Assembly: GCA_965237955.1 (NCBI GenBank)
Contig: OZ250169.1
Span: forward strand, 7,232,001-7,296,000
Length of the DNA: 64,000 nt
Reading direction: 5' to 3'
DNA from: Candidatus Marinacidobacterales bacterium
GTDB lineage: Bacteria; Acidobacteriota; Vicinamibacteria; Marinacidobacterales; SMYC01
This document shows positions 1 to 10,934 of this stretch, one piece after another. A model generated the notes under the pieces. It had not been told where the DNA came from and did not search any database. It was given only the letters and a program-made list of their open reading frames with translations. The translations under genes were made by a program, and so were the position numbers. Position 1 is the first letter of the stretch, and each line of letters starts with the position of its first letter.

Positions 1-367
1 CGACGATCTCGAGCCTTCGAATGACGGAGGGAGGGTTTATCTTGACGAGATGCTCAAGGTCGGTTCCCTCGAGGAGCTCCATCGCGATGAAGGGTGAACC
101 CTGCTGATCGTAACCAAGGTCGTGAATGGTGACGATGTTGGGATGGTGGAGACGAGCAACCGCCTTCGCCTCGCGCTCGAAACGATCCCTCATCTCCGCA
201 TCGTTGATCGAAGAGCCCGCCATGACCTTGATGGCGACGTCGCGCTCGAGAACGGGATCGTGCGCGAGGAAGACCATCCCCATATTCCCTTTGCCGAGCA
301 ACTTGCGAATCTCGAACTTGCCCAGCTTGTTGGGTGGGGAGCGCATGACGGCAGTCTTGTCCCGCAT
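1..367 (-). CDS. Ser/Thr protein kinase (Hanks type), N-terminal part; runs off the window
   Basis: Minus-strand translation gives LGKGNMGMVFLAHDPVLERDVAIKVM...FEREAKAVARLHHPNIVTIHDLG...FIAMELLEG (subdomains I-V). Starts at ATG 367 or 346. Confidence 0.9.
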   Translation of the reverse strand, partial: MRDKTAVMRSPPNKLGKFEIRKLLGKGNMGMVFLAHDPVLERDVAIKVMAGSSINDAEMRDRFEREAKAVARLHHPNIVTIHDLGYDQQGSPFIAMELLEGTDLEHLVKINPPSVIRRLEIV

Positions 368-686
368 GTTAGGAAGGAGGAGCAAGAACCGTGCCGGAAA
401 GTTCGGCCTCGACGGGGGGTCTAGCCGTCGGGCCGTCGCGATGTATGTCGAAACGGCAGAACCATTTACAGGAGAAAGCGTGGCGACACACCAACGAGTC
501 GTCGGGAAACGGTCGGGAGGCTTGAACGCGAGCTCAACGGGTTACGGTCTGAGAAAACCCACGCCGGTGGGTTGAAAACACCACAGGCTTGGGGCAACTT
601 TCACATCCTGGAGATGAGACGAATTTCGGCCCTGGAAACCTGCCTCTCGGTTGATTCGTCTCTCTCAAGCCGCTAGATTTCCCCCA

Positions 687-786
687 ATGGCCCTCACCTC
701 CGGAACACGCCCTAGGTCCTTACGAAATGGTGTCGCTGCTCGGCGCTTGGCAGCATGACAAAGGTCTATCGCGCGCGCGACGTCGA
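687..786 (+). pseudogene. Degenerate N-terminus of a second Ser/Thr kinase
   Basis: Removing two single-base insertions gives MALTSGTRLGPYEMVSLLGAGSMTKVYRARD, a typical kinase start. No continuation follows. Confidence 0.7.
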
Positions 787-1126
787 GCCCTCATGGTCGC
801 GGGGCGCTGGGCCGCGATTCCGGAGTTGTAAGCGGGGTGGACTGAAACCCAGAGCAGCTCACCATCCAACACGAAACCGGATCAGATCCAGCCTATCCTT
901 GACATTCGGGCTGCGCATCGGCGATCTCGCGTTAATAGGACGGTAGGACACGTGATTCCGGCGGTGTCCAGGAAGGTCGGCGTCAAGCTGAAGAAACCGG
1001 ACACGAGTGGATCTCCCGCGCCGAAGGCTTCACAATATCTGTATATGTCCAACACCGTTAGGAGTGAGTCGAGGGCCTCTGTGCTGTCGATGGCACTTCC
1101 TTGGATGTCGGAGCTCGTCGTGCGCC

Positions 1127-2426
1127 ATGGCTGAAACAAGCTCGAGAGACAAACGCGCGCGCTGGTACTTGGAGAGGTCCGTCGACTACGGCAAGACCAT
1201 CCAGCGGGTCGTCATTCAGAACCTTCCTTTGCAAATCGGTCGCTCCGATGAGTTAGACCTCCACCTCCCCGCACCGTCTGTTTCCTATCTTCATGCCGAG
1301 CTATTTCTCGAACGCGACGTGGTGACGATTCGGGACATGAACAGCACGAATGGTACCTTCGTCAACCGGGAGCGCGTCACGGTGGCGGAGCTGCAGGCAG
1401 GGGACGTCCTCCACATCGCCGAATTCGAGTTCCGGCTGGGACGTGATCCCGTTGACCAGCAAACCAGCGTCGGCACGGCCCCAGCAATCGCAACGGTCTC
1501 GCTAGTCCCCTGTATCAGAACAAACTAGATAAAGCAGAGCTTGCCGAAACCATTCTAAGTGCATGAATCTTATGAATCTTATGGGCTGGCGAAAAGCCTA
1601 ACTTTGTATAGTAATCAAAGATCCAGGGGACTAGACCCCATCGATCTGTCTGAGAACTTCCCCGGGGGCACCCGGGAGTTGTCTGAGCTCTTGGAGAAGT
1701 CCCTCACGTTTCCCGTGTTTCAGCCCATCGTCACGCTTCCAGAAGCCCGTGTCGTGGCCTACGAAGTCATCGGACGCGGACTGCATCCGTCGCTGCCAAG
1801 GGGGCCCACGGGAGCTTCTTCGCATAGCGGAGAGCGTGGGACTCGCGGCCGAACTCAGTCGCGTTTTTCGGCGCACGGCCGTCGAGCTCGTGAAACAAGC
1901 GGACAAGAAACCTCCTCTGCTGTTTCTCAACACTCATCCCACGGAGATTGGCAAACCCGAGCTGGTTGAATCGTTGGAGCAACTCAGGCAGACAGCGCCC
2001 GATCTCGATTTCGCGCTGGAGATCCACGAGGGCAGCGTCGCGGAAACCAAGATCATAGCTGAGCTCAAGACAACCCTCGAGGAACTACGCATCGCGCTTG
2101 CTTACGACGACTTCGGATTGGGAGAGCGCTTCCTCCAGCTCGCAGACGTGGCGCCCGACTACCTCAAGTTCGACATTCGCATCGTGAAAAAGATCGTCGC
2201 GGCTGCGCCTGCCGAGAGACGCCTGTTGTCGACGCTAGTGGATGCCACCCGAGAGATGGGGAGCCTCTCCATTGCCGAGGGCGTCGAGACACAGATGGAA
2301 GCCGAAGTGTGTTGCTCGCTAGGTTTCCAATTGGCCCAAGGCTACATGTATCGCAAGCCCTTGACCCTGGACCAAATTGGCCAGGACGGTGCTCCTCTCG
2401 AGGTCATCAGCGGATCGGCCGGGTAG
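1127..2426 (+). pseudogene. FHA + EAL domain c-di-GMP phosphodiesterase, interrupted by a MITE and a frameshift near 1800
   Basis: FHA motifs IGR, S..HAE, DMNSTNGTFVN. EAL motifs FQPIV, YEVIGR, LEIHE, AYDDFG, YLKFD, AEGVET, QGY. Removing the MITE restores the frame (...TVSL-DPIDL...). There is an extra G in the G run near 1800. Confidence 0.88.
1502..1634. mobile_element. MITE copy 1 (IS630-related), CTAG-bounded, 133 bp including both CTAG
   Basis: CTAGTCCCCTG...CAGGGGACTAG termini. Second copy at 36991-37123 has 2 mismatches. Ends resemble the IS630 at 51406-52594. Confidence 0.9.
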
Positions 2427-2656
2427 CCCGCTCTAGTGGTCTGGCAAGGCCGATGTTACGCTGAACGCGATTCTGGTGCTGCCGTCATTAAGTGTTGTTA
2501 AAACTCAGTTAAGTCTCAATAGCGCTATTGATTACGGCCGATTTTGGCACCGTTGACTCTAGCTCACGGAAAAAAGGTCATAAGCAACAAGTTCCCAAGG
2601 AGATAGGGGCGGATTAGCAACAGTAGATGGAGCAAGCACCGCTCGCGCCTTGCCAT

Positions 2657-5117
2657 TTAGCTAATCCTCTTTGTAAGACGCTCGGCACCGGAGCTCAGCT
2701 CAGCGGAGGAATGGAGCTCGGCCGGATCGAAGGCGTCGACCTGGATCGCCTCGTCGCGCGCCTCGTCCGCATCCTTCAACTTTTCGCGCTCGGCCTCGGT
2801 GATAACACCTGCCGCGAGCGCACACTCGACCTGCAGGTCACCGGGTACGCAATCGAGCAACCCCGCCCGCACCGCGTCGCGGATCTTGGTCTCGACCGCG
2901 AGGGCATCGACGGCCTTGCTGAGCGCCGCCTCCAGCCGCCCCAGACCGGGCTCCTCGGGACCCGGGATGTAAATGTCCGCAGTGAGGCGGCGGCGCACCT
3001 CATTATCCTCGAGCAGGCTCCGCGCCACGGAAGCCCCAAGGCGATCGCTCGGAGTCTTCTCGCGCTTGCCGAGAGGAAAGATCAGCGGGCGTAGGAGCCA
3101 TGCCACGGGCCGGTTGGGCAGGTTATCCAGCACTCCGGCGAGGGCGGTCTGGATGTTGTGTAGCGCGTGCTCAGCGGACCACTGGACGAACGGCACGTCG
3201 CGATCGAGCTTGCCGTCATCTGAGAACCGTTTCACTGCGGCGGACCCTAAATAGAGCCATGCCAGCGCATCGGCGAGCCGCCCGGTGATTTTTTCCCGGC
3301 GCTTGAGCTGGGCTCCCAACGTGCCCATGGCCGCGTCAGAGATCAGTGCAAAAGCGGCGCTGAACCGCGTCAGTCGCTGCAAGTAGGTCCGCACCGGTCC
3401 CCGCCCGGGAACCCGAGCCAGGTGCCCGTTCGTGAGCCCAAGCGCGAACGCCCTGACGGCGCTCTGGAACGTGAAACCGACGTGTCCGAAGAAGGCGCGG
3501 TCGAAGCGTGCCACGTTGCCCGCGGCAACCGAGGTGATCTCCTCCTGCACGTACGGGTGGCAGCGGATGGCACCCTGGCCGTAGATGATCATCGACCGTG
3601 TCAGGATGTTGGCTCCCTCCACCGTGATCCCGATGGGGACCGAGCTGTAGATACGCGCGAGGATGTTGCGAGGCCCGCGCATGATGGCGGCACCCGCACG
3701 GATGTCCATGGCGTCGTTCACGACCGTCCGCACGCCTTCGGTGAGATAGGCCTTGACGATCGCCGAGACGACCGCCGGCTGCTCTCCCGCGTCCACAGCG
3801 CTCGCGGTCAGGACGCGAGCGCCATTCATCAAATACGTGAGCCCGCCGATACGCGCCAGCGGCTCCTCGATACCCTCGAAGCGACCGATGGGCGTGTCGA
3901 ACTGCTCTCGTACCGTCGCGTAGGCGCCCACCACGCGCGTCGCCAGCTGTGCCCCTCCCACCGAGAGGGAGGGAAGGGAAATCGCACGGCCGGCAGCGAG
4001 GCTCTCCATAAGCATGCGCCACCCCTGCCCCGCCATTGCCGTCCCACCAATGATGAAGCTGAGCGGCACGAAGACGTCGCGTCCCGAGTTCGGTCCGTTA
4101 TGAAAAGGCACCCCCATTGGATCATGGCGCTTCCCGATCTCGATTCCGGGCAAGTTTGAGGGAATGAGCGCGCAGGTGATGCCGATATCCTCACGGTCTC
4201 CCAGGAGGTGGTCCGGGTCGCGCAGACGGAACGCGAGACCGACCACGGTGGAGACGGGGCCGAGGGTGATATAGCGCTTCTTCCAGTTGAGCCGCATACC
4301 GAGGACGTCCTTGCCCTCGAAGATTCCGCGGCACACGATTCCCTCGCTCTGCATGGCCGCCGCGTCACTGCCAGCCTCGGGCCCGGTGAGAGCGAAGCAT
4401 GGGATTTCCTCTCCGCGGGCAAGCCGCGGCAGGTAGTGTTTCCTCTGCTCCTCGGTACCATAGTGCAGTAGCAGCTCCGCGGGTCCGAGCGAGTTGGGGA
4501 CCATCACCGTCACCGTGGCGGCTGAGCTCCGGCTGGCGAGCTTCGTGACCACGGCAGAGTGCGCAAGCGCCGAGAAGCCCAGACCGCCGTACTCCTTCGG
4601 GATGATCATCCCGAAGAATCTCTGGCGCCCGATGAATTCCCAGACCTCGGGGGAAAGATCCCCGTCCCGAGAAACCTGCCAGTCGTCCACCTTCTCGCAG
4701 AGCTCTTCGACAGGACCGTCAAGGAACTGCCGCTCCTCGTCGGAGAGGCGCTGGATCTGGAAGTCGAGAAGTTTTTGCCAGTTGGGATTGCCGGAGAATA
4801 GCTCTCCATCCCACCAGACCGTTCCCGCTTCGAGGGCGATCCGCTCCGTGTCACCCAAACGCGGGAACATGCGAGCGGCGAGAGGTAGTAGTGCTGCCGA
4901 CACGACGGCTCGTCGCAGAAGAGGAACTCCAAACACGATGGCCACGGCCGCGAAGAGTCCGGCGGATATGAGCCAGGCGACGGGAATTGCCGGGTGTACG
5001 ACCGGCTGAAGCGAAGAGAATAGCCGCACCTACGAATACCCACGCCCAGTATCCTCGGCCGGCATAGAGCAGGGAGAGCGTGACGATGGCGACAGCCGCG
5101 ATGCCTGCGATCCACAT
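2657..5117 (-). CDS. fadE: Acyl-CoA dehydrogenase FadE-type; frameshift in the N-terminal membrane anchor (about 5005-5030)
   Basis: ALEAGTVWWDGELFSG, VMVPNSLGPAELLLHYG, CFALTGPEAGSDA, ITVEGANILTR, and a DUF1974-like C-terminus. ATG 5117 has an AAGGAGG SD but lies in another frame. Confidence 0.88.
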
Positions 5118-6195
5118 GGTTTACCTCCTTAGGCCGTTTTTGGCCTGGCCTTTGTATGTGATCCTTTGCCGGAATTCCGCGCTTCCTCTCGACCCAACCG
5201 TCCCGGGTTTTGGCGCAAGAGCGTAGCCTCCCCTGGCACCCCGCACCATTACCGTTTCAGTGATCGTGGAACGGGTTAACACCACAAAGCCAGTGCCTGT
5301 ATCACCTCATCAACCGCTAGATTCATACTTGAAGGACAGAGTTACTCTCGCACGGTAAGCGGAAACTTTCCCTTTCTCAACGGTCACTTCCAGGGGACTC
5401 CGGCGCCACAATTCTCTCAGTGGTCACCGTGATCTCGCGGCGAATGAGGTTCGTGTAGATCGCTTGGGCGAGCTTCGCCAAACCCTGGAGATCGCCGTAA
5501 TCGCCTTCTCCTTCCTCGAAGCTCGTCTCGCCGAGAAAGCGCCTGGGGCTGCGTTTGCCGTCTTTTTTTGAACTTTTCGTCCATCCCGAGCCAGCGATGG
5601 AGTCCTGGTCCTTCCGCTATGGTCTTCCGGAGGCGGCTGAAAAAGGATCCACCTGACTCTGAAGCCGTTCGAGTTGGCGATGGTGTTGCGTATGGCCTTA
5701 CCGCTCCTCGACGGGCTGCACTTCTGTGGCTTCGGCCCTCTTTTCTGTACCCTCTCGCACTTCTTTGCCAAACATTTTCTGGAATCTGCGCCTCCGCTCG
5801 ACCCAACCCTCACGCTTATTCCTGTCATGAATATCTCTCGCCATCATCTCAAAGCCTCCTTAGAAATCGGAATCGAGTGCGGTGGCCATCCCTCCCACGC
5901 GGCCGCGAAATCGGCTACGCATCGGGACTTGGGGACGAGCCACGCAAAGCAAAATATTCAATTTCGTGGCTTGCCCTTGCTAAGCCCTCGCTTCTCGATA
6001 GTGAGTGCACGAAGGGCATGATTTCTTACGCGTTGAATTGACGAAGAGCTGAGCCGTGGTCTCGCAAGGGGTTTCTGAAGAGCGCGGGCTTGAGTCCGTC
6101 CTTGGCCGGCCGCTCGAATGTAATGATTCCCGCCTTGGTCGCACTCACTATCACGAGGGCGCACTGAGGCGCGCTCATTATGAGGAGGAATTCTG

Positions 6196-6624
6196 ATGCG
6201 AAACGCAATAAAGAGTTTGGCGTTCGTGGCAGCAATAGCTGCCGCGGCATTCATATCGTTTCCGGCCGAGGCCGATGCGCAGCACCATGGCTATGGCCAT
6301 GGTTACTACGGCCATGGCTACGGGCACGGCTATGGGAGTTACGGCCCGTATGGTTATGGGGCGAGCCGATACTCCGATAGCGGAGCCGTTCGGATCGAAG
6401 TCAACCCGAAGCCATCCCGTGAGGACATTCAAGTTTACGTGGACGAGGCGCACGCTGGCGTCGTCGACAACTTCGACGGTTTCTCTCAGAGGCTTTATCT
6501 TTCTCCGGGAAAACACGAAATCGAGATTAGGCTTGATGGATATGAGACCCTTCGGCTGGCCATTTTAGTCAGCCCCGGTAACACCTACCACATTCGTGGC
6601 GAGATGAAGCCTCTCGCCGCATGA
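6196..6624 (+). CDS. Exported PEGA-domain protein with a Gly/Tyr/His-rich N-terminus
   Basis: Signal peptide ending ADA. GYGHGYYGHGYGHGYG tract. PEGA-like VYVDE..G.VDNFDG...L.PGKHEIEIRLDGY. GAGGAGG SD. Confidence 0.85.
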   Translation: MRNAIKSLAFVAAIAAAAFISFPAEADAQHHGYGHGYYGHGYGHGYGSYGPYGYGASRYSDSGAVRIEVNPKPSREDIQVYVDEAHAGVVDNFDGFSQRLYLSPGKHEIEIRLDGYETLRLAILVSPGNTYHIRGEMKPLAA

Positions 6625-6724
6625 GCTTAAGGAGATCCGGGACGCATGGTACCCATCAAAACAGTACTTGCGTCCCGTTCTCTCCGCCTATCACGGCTTT
6701 GTTGGATTCAACTTACAGTAGAAG

Positions 6725-7099
6725 ATGGAGGTCGATAGGGATATATGGATCGGAAACGAGTGGAAGAGGCCTTTCTTCACCCTCCTCGGCGAGAAGTTGA
6801 GTCTCGACAACGTCGAGCATGACCTCATCCGCGAGAAGGGCAATCTGACCACCTTCCGGGAGCCTCGGATCCATTTTGCTTTGAACTGCGCCTCAAAAGG
6901 CTGCCCCGCCCTCATGAACCGACTTTATGTGGCATCCAAGCTAGATCGACAGCCACGGCTTGCCGCCAAGACTTTCCTCAGAGATCGAAGCCGCAACTAT
7001 TTGACGAATCAACGGCCACGCTTCATCTCTCACCCATCCTGGCGATCTGGTACAAGTCGTATTTCAAAAAGTTCCATACCTCAGTCTGTAACTTTGTAG
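6725..7099 (+). pseudogene. DUF547-domain fragment
   Basis: LSLDNVEHDLIR...EPRIHFALNCASKGCPAL motif. N-terminus missing, C-terminus frameshifted. Confidence 0.75.
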
Positions 7100-7111
7100 C
7101 AACGTGGAATC

Positions 7112-7450
7112 ATGAGAGACACGACTGCTCGAAAAAACTCAGTCGCCCTGCTCACTCTACTGCTCCTTCTGTCCATGCATGGCGCAGCGGGCGCGGCCGA
7201 CCCGCTGCGGCTCGCACTCGGGTGGTACGACGGTTTTCACATCTGCAGTGTCATGACGAAGCCGATCCAATCCACCGTCGTCGATATTTTTGCGACGTTC
7301 GGCGTCCTAGCATTCTGGAAGGCGGAAGACGGGCTAATGTTCCGACATACGGTCCGAGGGCGACTGCTGCGACGCCGGCTGGAGGTCGACTCGGAGTACG
7401 TGCGCGAATTTCTCACAAAATTCCAGAGGCGATCGCAGCGTAAGTCATGA
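7112..7450 (+). CDS. Hypothetical exported protein, possibly a remnant
   Basis: Signal-peptide-like N-terminus (LLTLLLLLSMHGAAGA). No recognised domain. Confidence 0.35.
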   Translation: MRDTTARKNSVALLTLLLLLSMHGAAGAADPLRLALGWYDGFHICSVMTKPIQSTVVDIFATFGVLAFWKAEDGLMFRHTVRGRLLRRRLEVDSEYVREFLTKFQRRSQRKS

Positions 7451-7861
7451 GCCTCACTCAGATTCGACACCGGTCAAGTGGAGCGAATCATCGGGTTGGA
7501 TACAACGCGAGGTGACCACCTGCTTCTCGGCAAGCGAAAGGGTCATGGCTCTTTGGAGGCACGGCAAACGTTCCGTACAAAACGTCTCCCAGAAACGGCG
7601 GATTGAAATTAAAGTCTGCGTCGGGACATTCATGATGCAGCCTATGATGCCGGTTCTGATAATCTCTTATCCAGTTCAATAGGGGAATATAGCTAATTAT
7701 CCTATCGACGAAATTGTCTTCGACATGTCCAAACCAGTGGCTTACCTCGAAGACAACGTAATGCAAAACGACACCTCCGAAAAACGCCAGAAGCAATTGA
7801 CTCGGTAGGAGAGCCTGAACGACAACGTAGTGAACTAGAAAAGCAGCGGGAAACAAATACC

Positions 7862-9306
7862 GGAGGTGCCCCCACCATAGTTGAAGGTTCGAGGTGGTGG
7901 CGGCTCCTGACACATGGTTTACCCGACTTTGGCGTGCTTGTCGAGCGCTTGATTCTCAGTGACCTCCGCTAACTTCGCTTCGAGGATCGGTAGCGATTGG
8001 TATCCAATGATACGACGGAAATTTTTCTCCGTGGCGAGCAGAGCCGAAGCGGCCCATCTCAGAACCATCTTGCCATTGCGCCAGCGGGTGACGCGACGGG
8101 TACGACCTCGCGCACCGCTGAAGCACGACTCGATGATGTTCGTCGATCCAAGGCAGCGTTTCAGAGATGCGGGGAGGTCGAGCTCGTTGATGGTGAACAT
8201 CTCGTCGAGCCCCTCCCGGATGCTCTCCGCCGCCGAGGGGTAGTCGTCCTCGAGCCACTTCGCCTGTTGCTCCAACCGCGCTTTGTCCTTCTTTGCTGGG
8301 AGCTGCCAGGCCGAACGCAGGCTCGCTTGCACTTGCGGCTTCAGCTCCTGCGGCAGATAACCGAGCACATTGCGCTCCTTGTGCTTCCTGCAACGCTGGA
8401 CCTTGTTGTGGGTACCGAACACAGCGTCGACGGCGACCCGTAGCGCCTTGGAGCCATCGATCACGAACAGCCGACACCGCTCTGGGCTCAGGCCTCGTTC
8501 GACCAGGTCCTCCAGCAGCGCCTTGCACACTATCTGGTTCTCCGATGCTCCATCCCGAAGCCCCAGAACATGCTTGTATCCCTCTGTATCTACGCCGATT
8601 GCCGCCAGCGCGTGGTGCTCGCCGAAGCGAATCCCGTCCAGGTACACGACCGCGATCTCCAGCTCGTCCAGCGGACGCTCCATCAGCCCCTGCAACTGCT
8701 CCGCGCTTGCTTCCACGAACTCACGGCTCACCTCGCTCTTGCTAACCCCTACCGTCTCCGCCATCTCGGGAAGAACCGACGCGTACTTGCGCGTCGACAC
8801 ACCCAGCATCAGGATTTCCCAGATGCGTTGGCTCAGCCGAGACGAGTTGTTCACCGCTTCGTAGGCAGGAATCGCAACCTCCCCTCCCTCTGCCTTTCCC
8901 TTACGCCGCAGACGTGGCCGGCTCACTCTCAACTTCCGCTCCGCAAGGCTTACTACGCCACCCTGCCGGCCGTGCCAGCGAACATCGCTACCCTTCTTCC
9001 CCGGGTGTTTCTCCCCAGCCACACTTTGGGCTGACAGATCCAAGACCGCTTCGATCGTCGCTCGGCCAGCAACGTCGATCACTTCGTCGATCGCTATCTC
9101 GGTTCGCTCAATCGCATCCAAGAACGGCAACAGAGCTTGCCCCTTCGAGCTCAGTATCTCTCGAAGCTTCTTCCTGTTCTTCGCATCGATGATTTGGTAA
9201 TTTGACATCGTGGTGGCTCCTTTCTTTTTCCTTCACAGCCGGATTCTATCGAACCCGGCCTTAGGAGCCGCCACTCCTAACCTTCAACTATCTCAGGGGC
9301 ATCTCC
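7862..9306 (-). mobile_element. IS256-family element A
   Basis: Imperfect IRs GGAG(G/A)TGCCCC....ATAGTTGAAGGTT. 8-bp TSD CAAATACC at 7854-7861 and 9307-9314. Confidence 0.93.
7919..9208 (-). CDS. IS256-family transposase
   Basis: GVSTR, VYLDG, VIDGSKAL, QRCRKHK, STNIIES motifs. 429 aa. Confidence 0.93.
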   Translation of the reverse strand: MSNYQIIDAKNRKKLREILSSKGQALLPFLDAIERTEIAIDEVIDVAGRATIEAVLDLSAQSVAGEKHPGKKGSDVRWHGRQGGVVSLAERKLRVSRPRLRRKGKAEGGEVAIPAYEAVNNSSRLSQRIWEILMLGVSTRKYASVLPEMAETVGVSKSEVSREFVEASAEQLQGLMERPLDELEIAVVYLDGIRFGEHHALAAIGVDTEGYKHVLGLRDGASENQIVCKALLEDLVERGLSPERCRLFVIDGSKALRVAVDAVFGTHNKVQRCRKHKERNVLGYLPQELKPQVQASLRSAWQLPAKKDKARLEQQAKWLEDDYPSAAESIREGLDEMFTINELDLPASLKRCLGSTNIIESCFSGARGRTRRVTRWRNGKMVLRWAASALLATEKNFRRIIGYQSLPILEAKLAEVTENQALDKHAKVG

Positions 9307-9775
9307 CAAATACCAATTCGCTGCTATATGCTTCAGGTCACTCTCTTTTTGTGTGGTGAAATTATCGCCATTGAAAATCGTGTGGTGTTCCAGATGCTTC
9401 TTCCTGATAAATGCAAAATGTTCAATACCGCCATGCATAACGACTCTGTGGTGCCATATTCGAAGAAATGCGTGTAAACAATTCCCACCAAGAACAAAAG
9501 ACCCATGTTCCACGACAAGTCTCTACTTACCAGATCATCGAGATGAAGCAAGGTGATCAAAAGAAGGGGGGTGATGGCTGCAAGCACGACGATTACGATG
9601 GGTTTGTGAAGCTTTATTCCTGCCATGTCAGATTCCTCCTTCCACTCTCTCGATAGTGAGTCAATGCACTCATCGGGGCCTCGGTCGATCGCTGCGGGAT
9701 GCTGGACGCCGGTTCCAGAGAGCTGAGGGGAGCTCCGTGGAGCTCCCCCCATGGTCGTGCCGCTCCGTGTGTGGC

Positions 9776-10228
9776 TCAGGACGCTCCCGCCAAAGCCTCC
9801 GTCGAGTCGAAAGCGCGATGCCTCAGAAAAGCGTAGCTCGTCCCGAGGATGGCGCCATAGACGAGATGGCCAACCAGGCTAGGAAGCATGTTGCCGGCCG
9901 CAACAAGATTCCAATTCACGCCGAGCCCCATACCCATGGAAAGTGGCATCAAGGTCAACGGCCCCAACAGCCACCAGATCCCACCGTACGCGAGACCGCG
10001 GGCCAGGCCATCAACGAGGCGTCGGATGCCTCGCCCGAGGAGCACACCGAAACCAGCACCGATGATGGCACTGTTGACCATGTGGATGAAGAAGCCGAAA
10101 ACGGCCGAGGGATGGCCCGCCATCTTCCCTATCATCGGGAGCATTCCCATCATGCCCATCATGGCACCAAAGACGGCGCCTCCGGCGAGTCCGCCGTAGA
10201 TTCCCAGTCTAATATTCCTCACGTTCAT
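9776..10228 (-). CDS. Four-TM Gly/Met-rich membrane protein of unknown function
   Basis: Four hydrophobic helices with intramembrane His (IHMV, GHLVYG). GAGGAAGAG upstream of ATG 10228. Confidence 0.75.
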   Translation of the reverse strand: MNVRNIRLGIYGGLAGGAVFGAMMGMMGMLPMIGKMAGHPSAVFGFFIHMVNSAIIGAGFGVLLGRGIRRLVDGLARGLAYGGIWWLLGPLTLMPLSMGMGLGVNWNLVAAGNMLPSLVGHLVYGAILGTSYAFLRHRAFDSTEALAGAS

Positions 10229-10474
10229 CTCTTCCTCCAGGTAATTGTTAGGGTCGAATCGAGGATGGTGAGACCGAACGCGGGCCCGCAACCGATCATC
10301 TCCATTGCGAGCCGCTTCATCGGCTACTCGCTCGAGCGTCACTTTGCGATCGGCCCGAGCATCCCAGCCTCGATAGTGAGTGTGGGAAGGCGGGGATTTC
10401 TTACAGGCGGGAGTCGCGGGGCGAGCGGTGAGAACGATGCCGGATTCCTCAGGAGCGGTGCTCGAGGATAATGC

Positions 10475-10858
10475 TCAACTCGGCGTCCGCATCGGGGACG
10501 GCGAAGCGGAAGAGGCTTTCGGGGCAGTGCTATCCAGACGGGCGAAGTTACGTAGGCTCCTGAATACGTCGACGATGCGATTAGAGGCAATCTGGTTGAG
10601 CTTGCTAATTCCTTCGAGCACTTGGAGCGTTCGGCGCAGTTCATCGTTCTCCCGGAACTCGGCGGGAGCTGCCTTCAACAGCTCTAGAAGCTTGTCCATG
10701 GCTTGGACCATCAGCTGGCCGTTCGAGTCGATCACGCCAACCGGACTGTTGATCTCGCGTGCAACCCCAGCCACAAGAGTCCCCTGGCTTGTCATCTTTC
10801 GTCCAATCGTTCCGGTCACCACCGCAACTTCGGGTTTGTTAAGTTCGTGCCTTGCCAT
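10475..10858 (-). pseudogene. Sensor histidine kinase remnant (HisKA region only)
   Basis: LVAGVAREINSPVG (phospho-His replaced by Arg) ... SLRNFARLD. No HATPase domain follows. Confidence 0.65.
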
Positions 10859-10934
10859 TACTCTTCCCTTCTCCCGATCGTCAGTGTAAGAAGGCGAGGA
10901 TTTCTTACACTCCGGGTTGGCGAGGAGACGAGCC

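Larger units (their letters stand above)
7488..9626 (-). pseudogene. Fatty-acid hydroxylase/sterol-desaturase-like membrane protein split by IS256
   Basis: His boxes HRVVMH, HLEHH, HWFGH, HHRLHH. Halves rejoin as ...HIAANWY-LFPAAF... on removing the IS and one TSD. Extra frameshift near 9455. Confidence 0.8.

Noticed and set aside
122-575. Plus-strand ORFs 122-424 and 126-575
   Set aside because: Antisense shadows of the minus-strand kinase.
2433-2562. AT-rich CTAG-to-CTAG segment of MITE-like size containing the palindrome CAATAGCGCTATTG
   Set aside because: No convincing terminal IRs and no second copy in the window.
5417-6041. Several overlapping ORFs between fadE and the PEGA gene
   Set aside because: No recognisable motifs or consistent frame. 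Possibly a decayed gene.
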